A stretch of DNA of 64,000 bases from positions 248,001-312,000 of the forward strand of contig JAQGDQ010000065.1 of the NCBI GenBank assembly GCA_030141605.1. The letters run 5' to 3'. Shown in pieces: positions 15,305-27,300 of this stretch. Position 1 is the first letter of the stretch; the number at the start of each line of letters is the position of its first letter. The position numbers and the translations under genes were made by a program. Below the pieces are notes generated by a model, which was given only the letters and a program-made list of their open reading frames with translations, searched no databases and had not been told where the DNA came from. Origin of the DNA: Tubiluchus corallicola. Its lineage: Eukaryota > Animalia > Priapulida.

Positions 15305-18300
15305 TTCTACTCATTTGTTTAAATTTAAATCAACAATAACAAATTTAAACCAGGCCAATGTCTTTCCCACGAACTTCTGAAAAAGAGCATTTTTCACATA
15401 ACTTAGCTTACCCAACACTTACATTTATTCTACATACTTGACATTTAGCTTGTTCCTCAACTTCCCTCAAATGATAAAAACAAGATTATCTCAAATTACA
15501 TAAGACATTGTAAAGTTTTATTATTACCCACATACTAGTATAAACCCTGCAAGTCTCTGGCACAAAACCCAGTTTGTTTGGCAAGTCTTTCATCAACAAC
15601 ATTTACTAGTCTGTATGTGCGAGGTAGTTTTCCCAGTGCAATGGTTAACAGAAAAGCTAGATTTAAAAATTCAGACTAATGACAAGAAGGAAAGATCAAC
15701 AGTCGATGCTAGTATCCGTGCAAAACTAGTTAGTTTTTATACGTCCTGAAAACTCAGTAGAAAGTGCCTTGTAAAAGGAGGCTGCAAAAGTAAATATGTA
15801 CTAGCCTTTGAATGCCAATCAACTAAGCGAAAACAGTGTTGATGTATATATATTACATTTATACAAAAGTGCAAAAATACATACAATGTAACTGATATGA
15901 TCATAGCCATTTGCTACTAATGTGTTCTCGTACTGTTGTAATCCTACATGTTCTAACCATTCTGTTAAAGTTGCTGTACCATGAGAACCTAAAAAAAGTG
16001 TTCAATTTTTATTAATGTAAAAAGGGCACAAAATGGCGCCTTTCAAATGCTCAAAGGGGAAGTGCCTGCCTATTAATATTAGAAAAGCCAAATATTTAGT
16101 TTACCAAAACAGTTAACTGAGCCCCGTGTCATTTTTATATATGTGGCTGATGGTCACCTTTGTTATAATTTCTTAAAGCAGATATTCGTGCAATTTAATA
16201 ATATGCCTACTTCTATATGCTGTAACAGTACAAGCACAATAATTACCACTAGATGCTTTTCTGTCATCTTTTGCAAAATACGGCATTTATTCACATGGCT
16301 TATCAAGATAAACATCTCTAACCTGAAATTTTTTTCTTGAATTCGGGTTCAATTTCACGAGCAAATACAGATTCGCGTGTAATTCCTCCTCCAAAGGAAG
16401 CCATTATATCAGCAATCTGAAACATGGCAGAGAGAAAACATAGTATAACTATTATGCCGTAAAAATGAAATTGTTACTACTCAAATACATGTACTGGTAT
16501 GCACAAAATAATTATCAATAACCTAAGTTGAAATAAGTTGTAAAATACAAGATTTAACTTAGTTGCTGTAAAACATTTCAAAACATACACTGGCAAGGTT
16601 ATTACGGTTTAGGTGTAGCTGGTCATCTTTTAGTCATTAATATCATTACTAATACTACGTTTGCTTGCTTCACTGTAACACACATTTATGTCTGTCATAG
16701 GAATTAATCATCATGACTCAGTTTGTTCAATTTATTCTTGACAACAACGTTTATAACATGGGCCAATTACAATTTATTGCTTTTATATAGAACTTATAAA
16801 AATTAAGTGAATAAGCCTTTTCAAAAGTTTTGCCACCTGCACGTGCAATTTCTCTATGTCAGAGGTTAACTGAACCCAGCGTGTCTTATTTAACTACAAC
16901 CGTCACGTCACCTTATGCACGTAACAACATGTAGGTGAAATGGAGGAAACACATGGTTATTTTTATTATTATACTACACGTATATCATTTTAAACTAACC
17001 TGTTACTTTTATCTGAAAACAGCTAGGAAAATAGCAACAGCAAACCATGTAAAATGAAATAACTGGCACAAAAATTAACGCCAAGAACGGTTATTAATAC
17101 AACAGCAGGGGCCTCGAGGCATTGACAAGTGTACACAAATGTGACCTTTTCACGATCATCAACAATCGCTGGAACTGCAAAAAGGCTTATTAATTTAGCA
17201 GACTCATGGTAATCTAATGTCATCAGGTAAAGAAAATCAAACTATATATAGGTCAGTGATCGTAAGATTATAATACCAAATAAAATTACTAATAAAATTA
17301 ATTTCAACAATGGCAGAGGGCATTTAACATTGGTACAGCAGCAATTATCAAGCAAACCTATAGGCAGATTTCTTTCTAATTAATAAATAGTAAAACAATG
17401 TACTGTGCTCTTTAGTCAAGCAGTTTATTAAGCTAAAGTAAAGCTGCAGTAAAATTTAGAGTTAGAAAGTCAAATTACTTAAGAGTTTTGTCTGTTACGA
17501 AGTTTATCTTCATGTTATTTTTATGCTGTTTATCGCCCCTGTACTATGATTGGTACTTGTATTATCTGTTTCATAATAAACATTTTTTGTGAATAGAGCA
17601 TTAGCCACACGGTATTACAGTTTCACTTTGCATTAATATGCTTTATATGATGATTAGCATTGATAATTACCTAAGCTCTAGTCCTGCCACAATGATAATA
17701 GTTACGCAAACAGTTGAGTGCTTTATAATTGCTTGCAGTGTTCCAGACTGTGTAAATAATTAGAATTTAGATACTCTGATGACGGATCCGTAAGTGAGTA
17801 AACTATTTTTAGTCACGGATTCAATACATTCTCACAAAACTTTGCAGAAACAGCTACACCAACTAATACAAACTCAATAATTAAATTTAATAAACATTGT
17901 ATATAACATCAAAACTATTCCTTACTTTTGCCCACTCAGCATTCTCATCTAATGGGCTCAGTCTCACGTCCGATCGCAAAGTTGGTGGAGATGGTTTCTT
18001 CTCACGTAAAGTCACGGTCACACCATGCACTGATGTCTCTCCGCCTCCGGTCGTTGGCATCCTGTCACGGTCTTTATCAGTAACTGTCAGGAGACTGTCT
18101 TCATGTTTTTCTACTACTACTGGTTCACTCGGTGTTATTTTCTTATTACTATTTTCATCGCAAGGTTCGGTTGTACTGGTAGAAGAATCAGCCACTAGTT
18201 TTGTACTCATATCACATTTATTTTTCACACATTGCTTCTGCACATTAATGCCTATAATTTGCTGAGAAGCACCAGCCAACAAGTTTGTTTGCTTAGTATC

Positions 18301-21300
18301 CACGTTAGCAAAATTTGCAAAGTCCACTGCATTATGTACATGATATTTATCACTATTTGCTTTAAAACTGGGTCTGCTAGCAGCAAGCTCTGTCTTGCTT
18401 ATACTTTCAGTGTTTGTTCTTGAAGGTTTTATGGTAGCAATACCTAAAGGAAAATTTTCATATGCTTGACGTTTCACACGCCTAGGAAAAGTTAAGTTTG
18501 AGGTTTCACAATAACTATTAGAACCTGCAAAAGAACCTTCAGATGTATTCAAAATGTCTGATCTGTTGCCTGTTCTCGTTTTATCACCACAACTAAACTG
18601 TGGAAAGTTATCACTAAACAATTTCACCAGTTTCACTTCACTGGGTTGTTCCAAAGCAACTGGCTTCATCTCGATATATTGTTCTACTGGTTGACCCATG
18701 CTGACAAGCTTACAGTCAAGTTTGGCATCCTGGTGGTGAATATGAGAACTACTCACATCGTAGTGCTCTTGCAGTGATTCACTAGGAACCTCTACGCTTT
18801 GCTGTTTGGGAACGGCTTCTACGGGCCGAGGTGTTGATTTGCAAACTTCATGGACCTCTTTCCCAGAGATTTGCATGTCCTCATAATTTTGACCCGGATC
18901 CATGGATTCATAGTTCACATTTCTTTGACGCGGGACAGGTTCAGTAATGCTACCTGGCTGTTTAGATGTACGAGGACGTGGCCGAGGGACATTTTGATAG
19001 ACAGGAGAAATTTTGTGATGCTGTGGCAGTTGAGTTGTAGAGCCATGTGACAAGCCTAAGAGAAAGAGAGAGATTTAGACTTACGAGCAACGAGAAAAAC
19101 TGAAATGAAAAGTAGCAAACTTGAAAATCTGTTAGAAACAGAAGCACACAGTAATATTCACTTCACACAAGACAAAGTGAATAATGGCAATCAGCAAAGA
19201 ATGATGAGATCTTGTAAACAGAAAATTGCTGTGAAAATGCCTGGTAAGAAACCAAACTGACAAGCACTTCAAAAATGTATTTAAAAGGTATATTGTACAT
19301 TAAGCAGATAGGAACACCTAGATTTTATTGGTTGTATTTGAAAGAGTTAGAATGGGGTTTCTTTGGGAAGAGCAGAATATTTGCTTCGGGATTTTATTCG
19401 GTAGCTAGCACGGTGGCAAAAATTTCGAATTTTGATGGCAAATGTGTCTCCCCGCTGTAATCGTCGAGTAACGTGTTTGATACCTGCATACAAATAAATG
19501 TAATACTACAAAAATAAATAAACAAACATACAACATAAACTAGCGAAAAGTAAACAGATAACGTGAACAGAATAAATGTAAAAATGATGCTACCATATTC
19601 TGATATAGGATGAGGACCACTAAGTCTGCAAAATCGAATGAAAATAATTTACTTGTAGATAAATTAATAATTGTGTTAATTAATTATGTATTCAGGGTCC
19701 AAAAATAGGATGAGAATCAACAAGCATGAAGGAACTTCTTCATTATACACAGCCTGAAAAAACTGTCTACAAGATGGTCTCGTGGTTTTAATAACTGTGT
19801 CTGAAATAGCTTTACTCCAACGAAAAGCCGACTAATTTAAATGTGAAACATTTGCCTTGCTTTGTAGTTTCGTCTAGTTTTGAAAATTCGAAAGTTCAAC
19901 ATTAACTGTCAGACAGTTGCTAAGCGCATTTGTAACATTGGATTAGATAAGCATAAGTAAAATTACTTTAAATGTTCACAAACTTACCAGGAACATTAAG
20001 CACTGTATCAAGACTACAAGCAAAAATAAAAATAAGATAAGAACAGTTGTCATCCTTTGTAAACCAAATCGGTTTCGGAGTATTTAGTTACTCAAATGCT
20101 TTTATTCTAATGCTTTTGCTTTTATTCAAATTGGATTATAAACTTTAGATTTACAAGTAATGATGGAGTTTTCAAGTAAATAAATACTCTAAAATTGATT
20201 TGGTTTAAAAAGGCTGGTGTCTGTTCTTATCTTATTTCTAGTCTTGCTTGTATTACCAAATAATAAAGGCCTTGTCTCACCCAGAAACGCAAAATCAATC
20301 AAGCTTGCATCATTGTCGACTATTTCACCACATTTCATTAAGGTTATAAATTTTCAGATCACATATTTACTGTAGAGAGATTTGATGAAATAATAAAATT
20401 TGTAAACTAGTTGAAAACACTTAATACACAAAAAACTGCACAAAATACACTAATAGAAATCCCGTACAAGAATTCAAGCAGAAAAAACCTTGAAATAAAC
20501 AGTTAACAAAACCTGGGGTGATCTCAGCAAAATATAATCCACTAATACGTCATGCAAGGTTGTTGTAAGAAATGCTGGCATGAACAAGGTGTCACAGATA
20601 ATAGTCAATAGTCTTAAGGGAAATAACTCAACCTTCCTGCTCTGTTGCAGGAAATTTGTTTGCTTTACTCTGCCCGTCACCAAGCAGCATTTATATCCGG
20701 TTGCATAATTCGTGTGAACAGAAATTCAATTAGAATGTTAAACTGTTTAAATATGATGCAAACTCATGAATTAACAATGACGGAATGCTTAGATGAGTTC
20801 ACTCTTCATATGAATTTCTAATAATTGTTAACTACCAACAGTAACTAAAGCTAAGGAAACAAGTGATTACATTTTGAACAACAAGTACCTGGGGCCATCA
20901 GCAAAAAATGCCAAACGTTAAATAAATGAAATTTTTTTAGCATGCTTCATTAGCATAAATAAACAATGTAAAACATTTCTATGAACAACAATACAAGAAT
21001 GTCTGCACACAAATGACTAGAAAGAGTAGAAACTAGAAACTGTAACTGGAAATTACTCATAATCTTAACTTCTGGTAATTTGGAAATAAACGTCACAATT
21101 ATCAAATTTTTGAAAGGAAACTTGGCTATAAAACAGATAAAAAAGTCAAGACTAACCCTGAACTTAATCAGATATCGTTAGCTTAAATATCCAAAACCAT
21201 TAGCATGAAACCACAAAACCTCATGACTACAGCAGGTTTTATTTCAATCCCTATAGCTCACCCATCAGTCCAATAATTTCGAATGTTACTATACTCACTG

Positions 21301-24300
21301 TAGAGTAATTTGCACTCAAGCTGTCTAGATAAATTTCTTTGTAAAATATTTTATTGTAGAACCTAAAATGAGGAGTGTGTAACTAATTCAATGTTTACAA
21401 TCTTAATCTGGTGAACAGTGAAATTAATATAAAATTATTAAGTGTTTAAAACCAAATGTGACCCAAAAAATGTGAAAAAAATAAGACTGCGCCCGAATTT
21501 GAACAATGGACATTAAGATAAAATGTCCAACACCAAAGCCACCAGTCAGCCCTTTGTTGGATCATGGTAGGTCTTATTCGACAGTAATGCTCATAAACCA
21601 ATTAGATAATTCTAAGTTCAAAGAATTTTTAACTAACGTCAGAAGGAAAGAAAAAAGGCTTGACTAGTAAACAAAAATAATGCACTCATGCAAGAGTGTA
21701 AATAATTACTGTCAAAAGCATTACTCTGTAGTAAAATGAATGCTACCTCTAAAAAATTAGTGATTTTAAAAAACTCTTATACTTTACTGATAATGTCCTT
21801 TATTGTGCATTGATAAAGTTGTTTTAAAAATTGCAGATATTTTTATTTTTTTGGGCTACACAATAAAAACATAATTATTGTTATTGTGAGTCCACTAACT
21901 GCAATGTTTGCCTCTATATGGCCTACAGTGAGTTGTAATACTTCAATTAGTACACAAATTTGCAATTAACAAGTAAAAATGAACATCAAGGACAAAGGAA
22001 AAGGACAAAGACACTTATTTGCAGTCAGTGGGACTAATAGACAACATTAGCCATAGGCTACTATAAGCAACTCTTAATGAATACAACACTGAGACACCAC
22101 AAATAAATAGCACATATAACAACTGTTTAGGGCCAATACAGGTGGTTGTGAGATTAGAACTCGGGCTGCAAGCAAAGGAGCACCCATAGTCCGTTATCTT
22201 AACCACTCAGAGGGATCAAAACTGGTCTGTTGACTAAAAGGTAGGATAACAGGTAAGATAACAAAACGGTAGCAATCTATATTCATTCTGTGCATATATT
22301 TACAGAAAAATGTGCAGTTAACGGATGTTAATGTGTAATAATGCACAGTCATGCATTTAAACACATTACATACCATGATCATCACTTGAACGTTCTGAAT
22401 CTGAAAGTGTATTATCAGAATAATGCAAACTGTCATAACTTCTAATGAAAAAAGCTCTTAAAAATCACAGAGTTTAAATTTTACTAGCCTATTCAACAGT
22501 AAGCTAGTGCCTAAACACTGTTTAAGCCAGCACATGGGTTAGATCACAGCCAACTGCTATGACAACTAATAATTCAAAAAATTTATAATAAAAATATTAA
22601 AGTAATAAAAAGAGATTTTCTCTCAATAGCCCTTAATATAACGATGGAGATGATGATGACGATTACGACGATGATGACAATGACAATGACAACCAATGAC
22701 AATATTAAGTCTTCAGTTTTGAAATCTTTCGTTATTATGCATTTTGACAACTTTTAACCTCTTTCACAAACGTGTTTACTGGCACTTGGCAGCAGTTGGT
22801 GCACAATTGTAGAAATGATACCACTTTCAAGTTTTAGCCTAGCTGTTACAGAACCGCCATTGTTCAATAGAACTTTATAAAAAATACGACAAACATTTGA
22901 AAATGTTTGTTTTTGCAGAAACAATTACCAATATCGAGGCCTGACAAAAAGATAAACACTCTAGAAATATTGAAGTTTAGTAACAATTTAACTGACATTG
23001 TCAATAGTACTGTCAATACGACCACAAAGGTAGCTTCTTTGTTTTGGGGAATACTTATTTTTTGTCTTTTATGGTCAATTTTCAATATTTGCTCAGTTAA
23101 ATCAATTTTCGGTTTATTTTTCATTGGTTGCAATTGACTTATGGAAAAAGAAACAGTATGGATAATAAGCATGGACAGGAAAACTGCACAATGGTAGCAG
23201 AATTATAAAAGTTAAGATTTATTTCAGAAGAGTAACTAGAGCATCTATGATGAAAAATGTAGAGCTGTAGGTCCAGTGACTCTCATGTTTGGATACCTCG
23301 AGGATCTTAACGTTTGGCATACGATTATAATTCTTTGTGGTTAAATTTGGTTCACAATTTCTCATAGACAGTAAAGGTATGCAAAAAGCACTAGTTTCCC
23401 AGTGTTGCCTCCTGATCAAACAGTTTTCCTGTCCAAATTTTCTACAGCAAGATTCAACCAGCTGACATTTTGGCCACGTTTGGTAACTTTTACCCATTTC
23501 ACAGAAGTTACTAAATGCTATCACTCAATACTTCTTACCTGCCATCTAGCACCTGCTATTGATATTTTACAGAATGGAACCTGCCGTTATAACACCATAG
23601 TTGTAAATGATCAAATTCTGGATCTGAACCCCCTCCCAAAAGGGTTAAAATATTTTTGTCAATAATGGATTGTGAATAGCTGACGGGTCACTGTAATTCG
23701 TAGCACTGAGCTGACAGATTCTTCTACTATATTTACTATCCTGGATACTTTCTCCCTCCTTCCCTGTGGCAGGGCGTAAAATTCTTTTTGAGTGCTTTAT
23801 TGTCAGTAGATGACAATTCGCTCTAATAGTCTAATTCTTCGCACTGAGCCGATTCAGGTTCTCCCATTCAGCCAACCAATGCTGTGCAGCTGCCGACGAT
23901 TCACCTCGTTTACCAGTTCTGGATATGCTCTCGGAATGACTTTTGAAAATGACCATCTTCTTGTCCCATAGTTATCATACACCTAAAATCTCAAGGAGAA
24001 CCCAAGTAGGATAGGTACAACTAGCTTAAACTCAAATCATGAACTGATGAAGGATGATAGATATTGCATGACGGATAAGGTGCCCATGAAGGAAAGTCAA
24101 GGGACTTAAAAGCGATAAAAACATCTTACCAGCAAAAGGTCCATTTTCACTCATCAGTGATGCATCAGCACTGCTCACACTAACTCTATCCAAACTATCT
24201 GATGAAACTGTTTTGTCAAGCTTCTGCAAAAGGCAACATTTTGGCTTCTCTTTTGGTGTGCGGTCTGTAAACACAAACATAGGCATCTCAGACCTACATT

Positions 24301-27300
24301 CAATGCACTTGCATGGATACAGGTTAAGCAATATGAATAAGTATACAACTTCTTGACAGTAACCTGACTGCAAGGTCTTGGGTTCAAGTCCCAGTGGAGT
24401 GCAAAATTTTTCAGACTTTCTAATGTGATACTGATGTATTAATAATGGACTGAGGAGGCACAGTTTCAACTTTTGCTTCAAGTTTGATCAATTGTGGGTT
24501 ATTCCACCAGACATTAACTACTTGTGTGCCGGAACTACTAATTTACTAATTAGGTGGGAAATCTGATGAATGTCAAAAATCAGCAGTACCCGTTAGTTCC
24601 TTATGAAAGTTTTAAAATATGAAAACTACTGAATTATAGCATTGTGCTTAATTGATAGTGTAAAGCAATTGTATTGCCTATATTGCCTTGGTTGAAGAAA
24701 CCAGGTTGTTTCTCTCTATCACATGAAAGCATTTGTGATAGATAAAGATTAAATTTGATTGCGAGCTAAGTCAAATTCAGTTAACTAGATGTTGAATAAG
24801 TATTTTTATAGCCACGAATAATTAAAAATAATACCAGAGCACAAACCTTGCACATTTAACAAATGATCAGTTTCTGCAATGATACAACTAGCACAATCCA
24901 GCGGTTCATCAGGTTGACCATTATTTTCAGCATTTGGATTACTAAACAATGATTCATCTGTTAAAGTCTCAATATCACGCGAAGCCCGTTTACTTCCAGA
25001 CTGAAAATAAAAAAGTTAAAAAATACTTAAAAATGACAAAAAACAAATCTAAATTATTATACAATTTCAAATTCTATTTTATTCATTTTTAAATGGCTTT
25101 AATCCTGTTATGATGATAGCGGCACAATTCGTAATGCAAAACACACGTACATATTTGATTAGAATTGGACTGCTTGGATAACGAAAAATTGCGTCATTCG
25201 ATTTTTGCGCAATATAAAGATATCTCACCTCGTGTTTAAGGAATATTTCTTTGCAGCTGCAGTTACTATTATCAAATACAAACAATCCAAAACATTAAAC
25301 AAGAGATTATTAACATTATTTTTTTTGCTTTTTGATGAATCTGGTTGCCCACTAAGTAATGAAAACCAGTTACCAATGATAATACTAATAACCTCCAACT
25401 CAGCTAGTTAACCCTGACAAAATAACAGAATAATCACTTTGACAAGCTAAAACTGAATTCTATAATCTAAGTAACCTGCCCGGCACTTATAATATGCTCA
25501 CAGCCTCGAAGAATTACATTCTAATCTGTAAATAGATCATCTATAGTACTTATGCATTTTGAAGCACAATCCTGTGAATTAAAACTACATAAGCACTTTA
25601 ATGTTGTTGCTAATTGATTCGATGAATAACTTTTAAACAAATACACCTAAACACAAAAATATAATCAGCTAGAATAACAGAACTTTTAAGTGAAATGCAC
25701 GCTGTCCACCAGCTTACCTCATTTTTTTCAAATGTGTCAGCGAGGTTTTTTGGTGGGGATAAGAATGATTTAAATTTCTTTTGTATTTTTATGCACATAT
25801 ATTGTGTGTTAATTTCAATATTTTAAATATATATTAAAATACAATAAATGTTGCTCGAGGGTTGGTTTTCCTTTAATTTATTAAATTAATCAAAGGATGC
25901 ATAAGAAGGAAATAAAAACAACTCTATTGTCTTAAACTCAAACATGTAAGCACATGTATAAAAGCCTAATGGAACTGAATGAATGTAAACTACAAGTTAC
26001 AAAACAGTAAATTTGTCACCACCACAAAGTTGTTACAAGTTCAAGTCATTATTAGAGAAAAACAGCAAGTGTTTTCTTAGGTACAAGCATAGCTTACGTG
26101 TTGATGTATCTGCTCCAGCAACATTAGTTGAGCAGTGTTTGGACTGGGAGGTGGATGATCTGGTGTTCCTGGTCTTGCAGAACCTTCGGATGCATCTTTT
26201 TCATTCTTTGATAAATCTAGCTGCAGTGCAAGCTTTGATTTCACCTGCACATTGCTTGTGCTATTACCCATGTCTGATTCTGTGCTTACGCCATTGTCCA
26301 TACTTGATGAACCATCAATGCTACAAAATGGCTGTTTTGAAAATGACACTGCCGTTGTCAAAGAAGAGTCAGATGAGTGTTGTGGATGCTTTGAGCGTCG
26401 AAACACTACGGTTGATTCATTACTCACTGGTTTAGCAGCATCTGTCAACTCTTTCTCTCGTTTTAATTTTGATTTGAAGTCTTCTAACTCGCTAAAGTCA
26501 GCTTGAGTTTGTAAGTTACCGCTTGCAACTGATTGGTTCTTAATTTTGTTAATCACAGAAGCGTTTTGAATATCACCACTACCTGCATTATGTGACAAGG
26601 CACATTCGTAGGAGTGCAATCTTGGTTCTGATGTTGGAGATGACTGCGGTGATGACGGACCTGCATTTTTTCGAGGTGGTTTACTTGGTTTCTGTGCAGT
26701 AAACTTTGCACAATGCATAGGCAGGTAACTCGAGCCATATTTGTTTTTACTCGTTTTCAATGATTCAACAGCTTCATGACTTGGAGGTGTTTGATATATA
26801 CGATCTCTCCTACAAAAATTATCACAGCTATTAATAGAAGAAAGACTACAAATCAATCGTACATCAACAAATTCTCATTTGATGACCTAATTCGTCATCT
26901 CACAAAAGCAAAGCTCAAATTTTGCAGTCAAAGAGAGATACAAAAAAGAGCATTCATTCAAACTGCTTAAATGATGTTATGTTCCGCATAGTTCTCAAAT
27001 TAATAAAACTATTATCTGCAATTTAGGAAACCAACCCAATAAGCACGTCCTGACTTGCAACAGATATCTGAGAAGCGCTGCTCGACGATGAACCACTCCG
27101 AATAGGGAGTCGTGATGAACTTTGTAATTCACAACATAACTGCTCACCTGATGTAAAAGAACAGTATAAAGCAGATTATAAAGTATCTTTATGACAATTT
27201 CTTCATCCTGAACTGAATGTTTAAATATTTGAAAATCAAAGAGAATGATTTAAATGCATCAGATACAGCAGAAATGGATTCAAGTCGATTTAAAAAAAAA

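Noticed and set aside
17776-17835. Hammerhead-like CTGATGA followed by a stem (GGATCCGT/ACGGATTC)
   Set aside because: GAAA core is replaced by AATA and no stem I can form; at best a dead relic
17897-18423. Plus-strand ORFs antisense to ANKS1 exon 12 (similarly 26013..26506 antisense to exon 9)
   Set aside because: Shadow ORFs of the coding strand
20512-21362. Further exon-like segments in ANKS1 intron 11 (about 21362-21298 and 20642-20512, minus strand)
   Set aside because: Phases do not return to exon 12 and splice sites are weak; no supporting homology
21487-21552. tRNA-like sequence on the minus strand
   Set aside because: Only a B-box-like GTTCAAAT and a short stem; no cloverleaf, so at most a decayed SINE and not a tRNA gene
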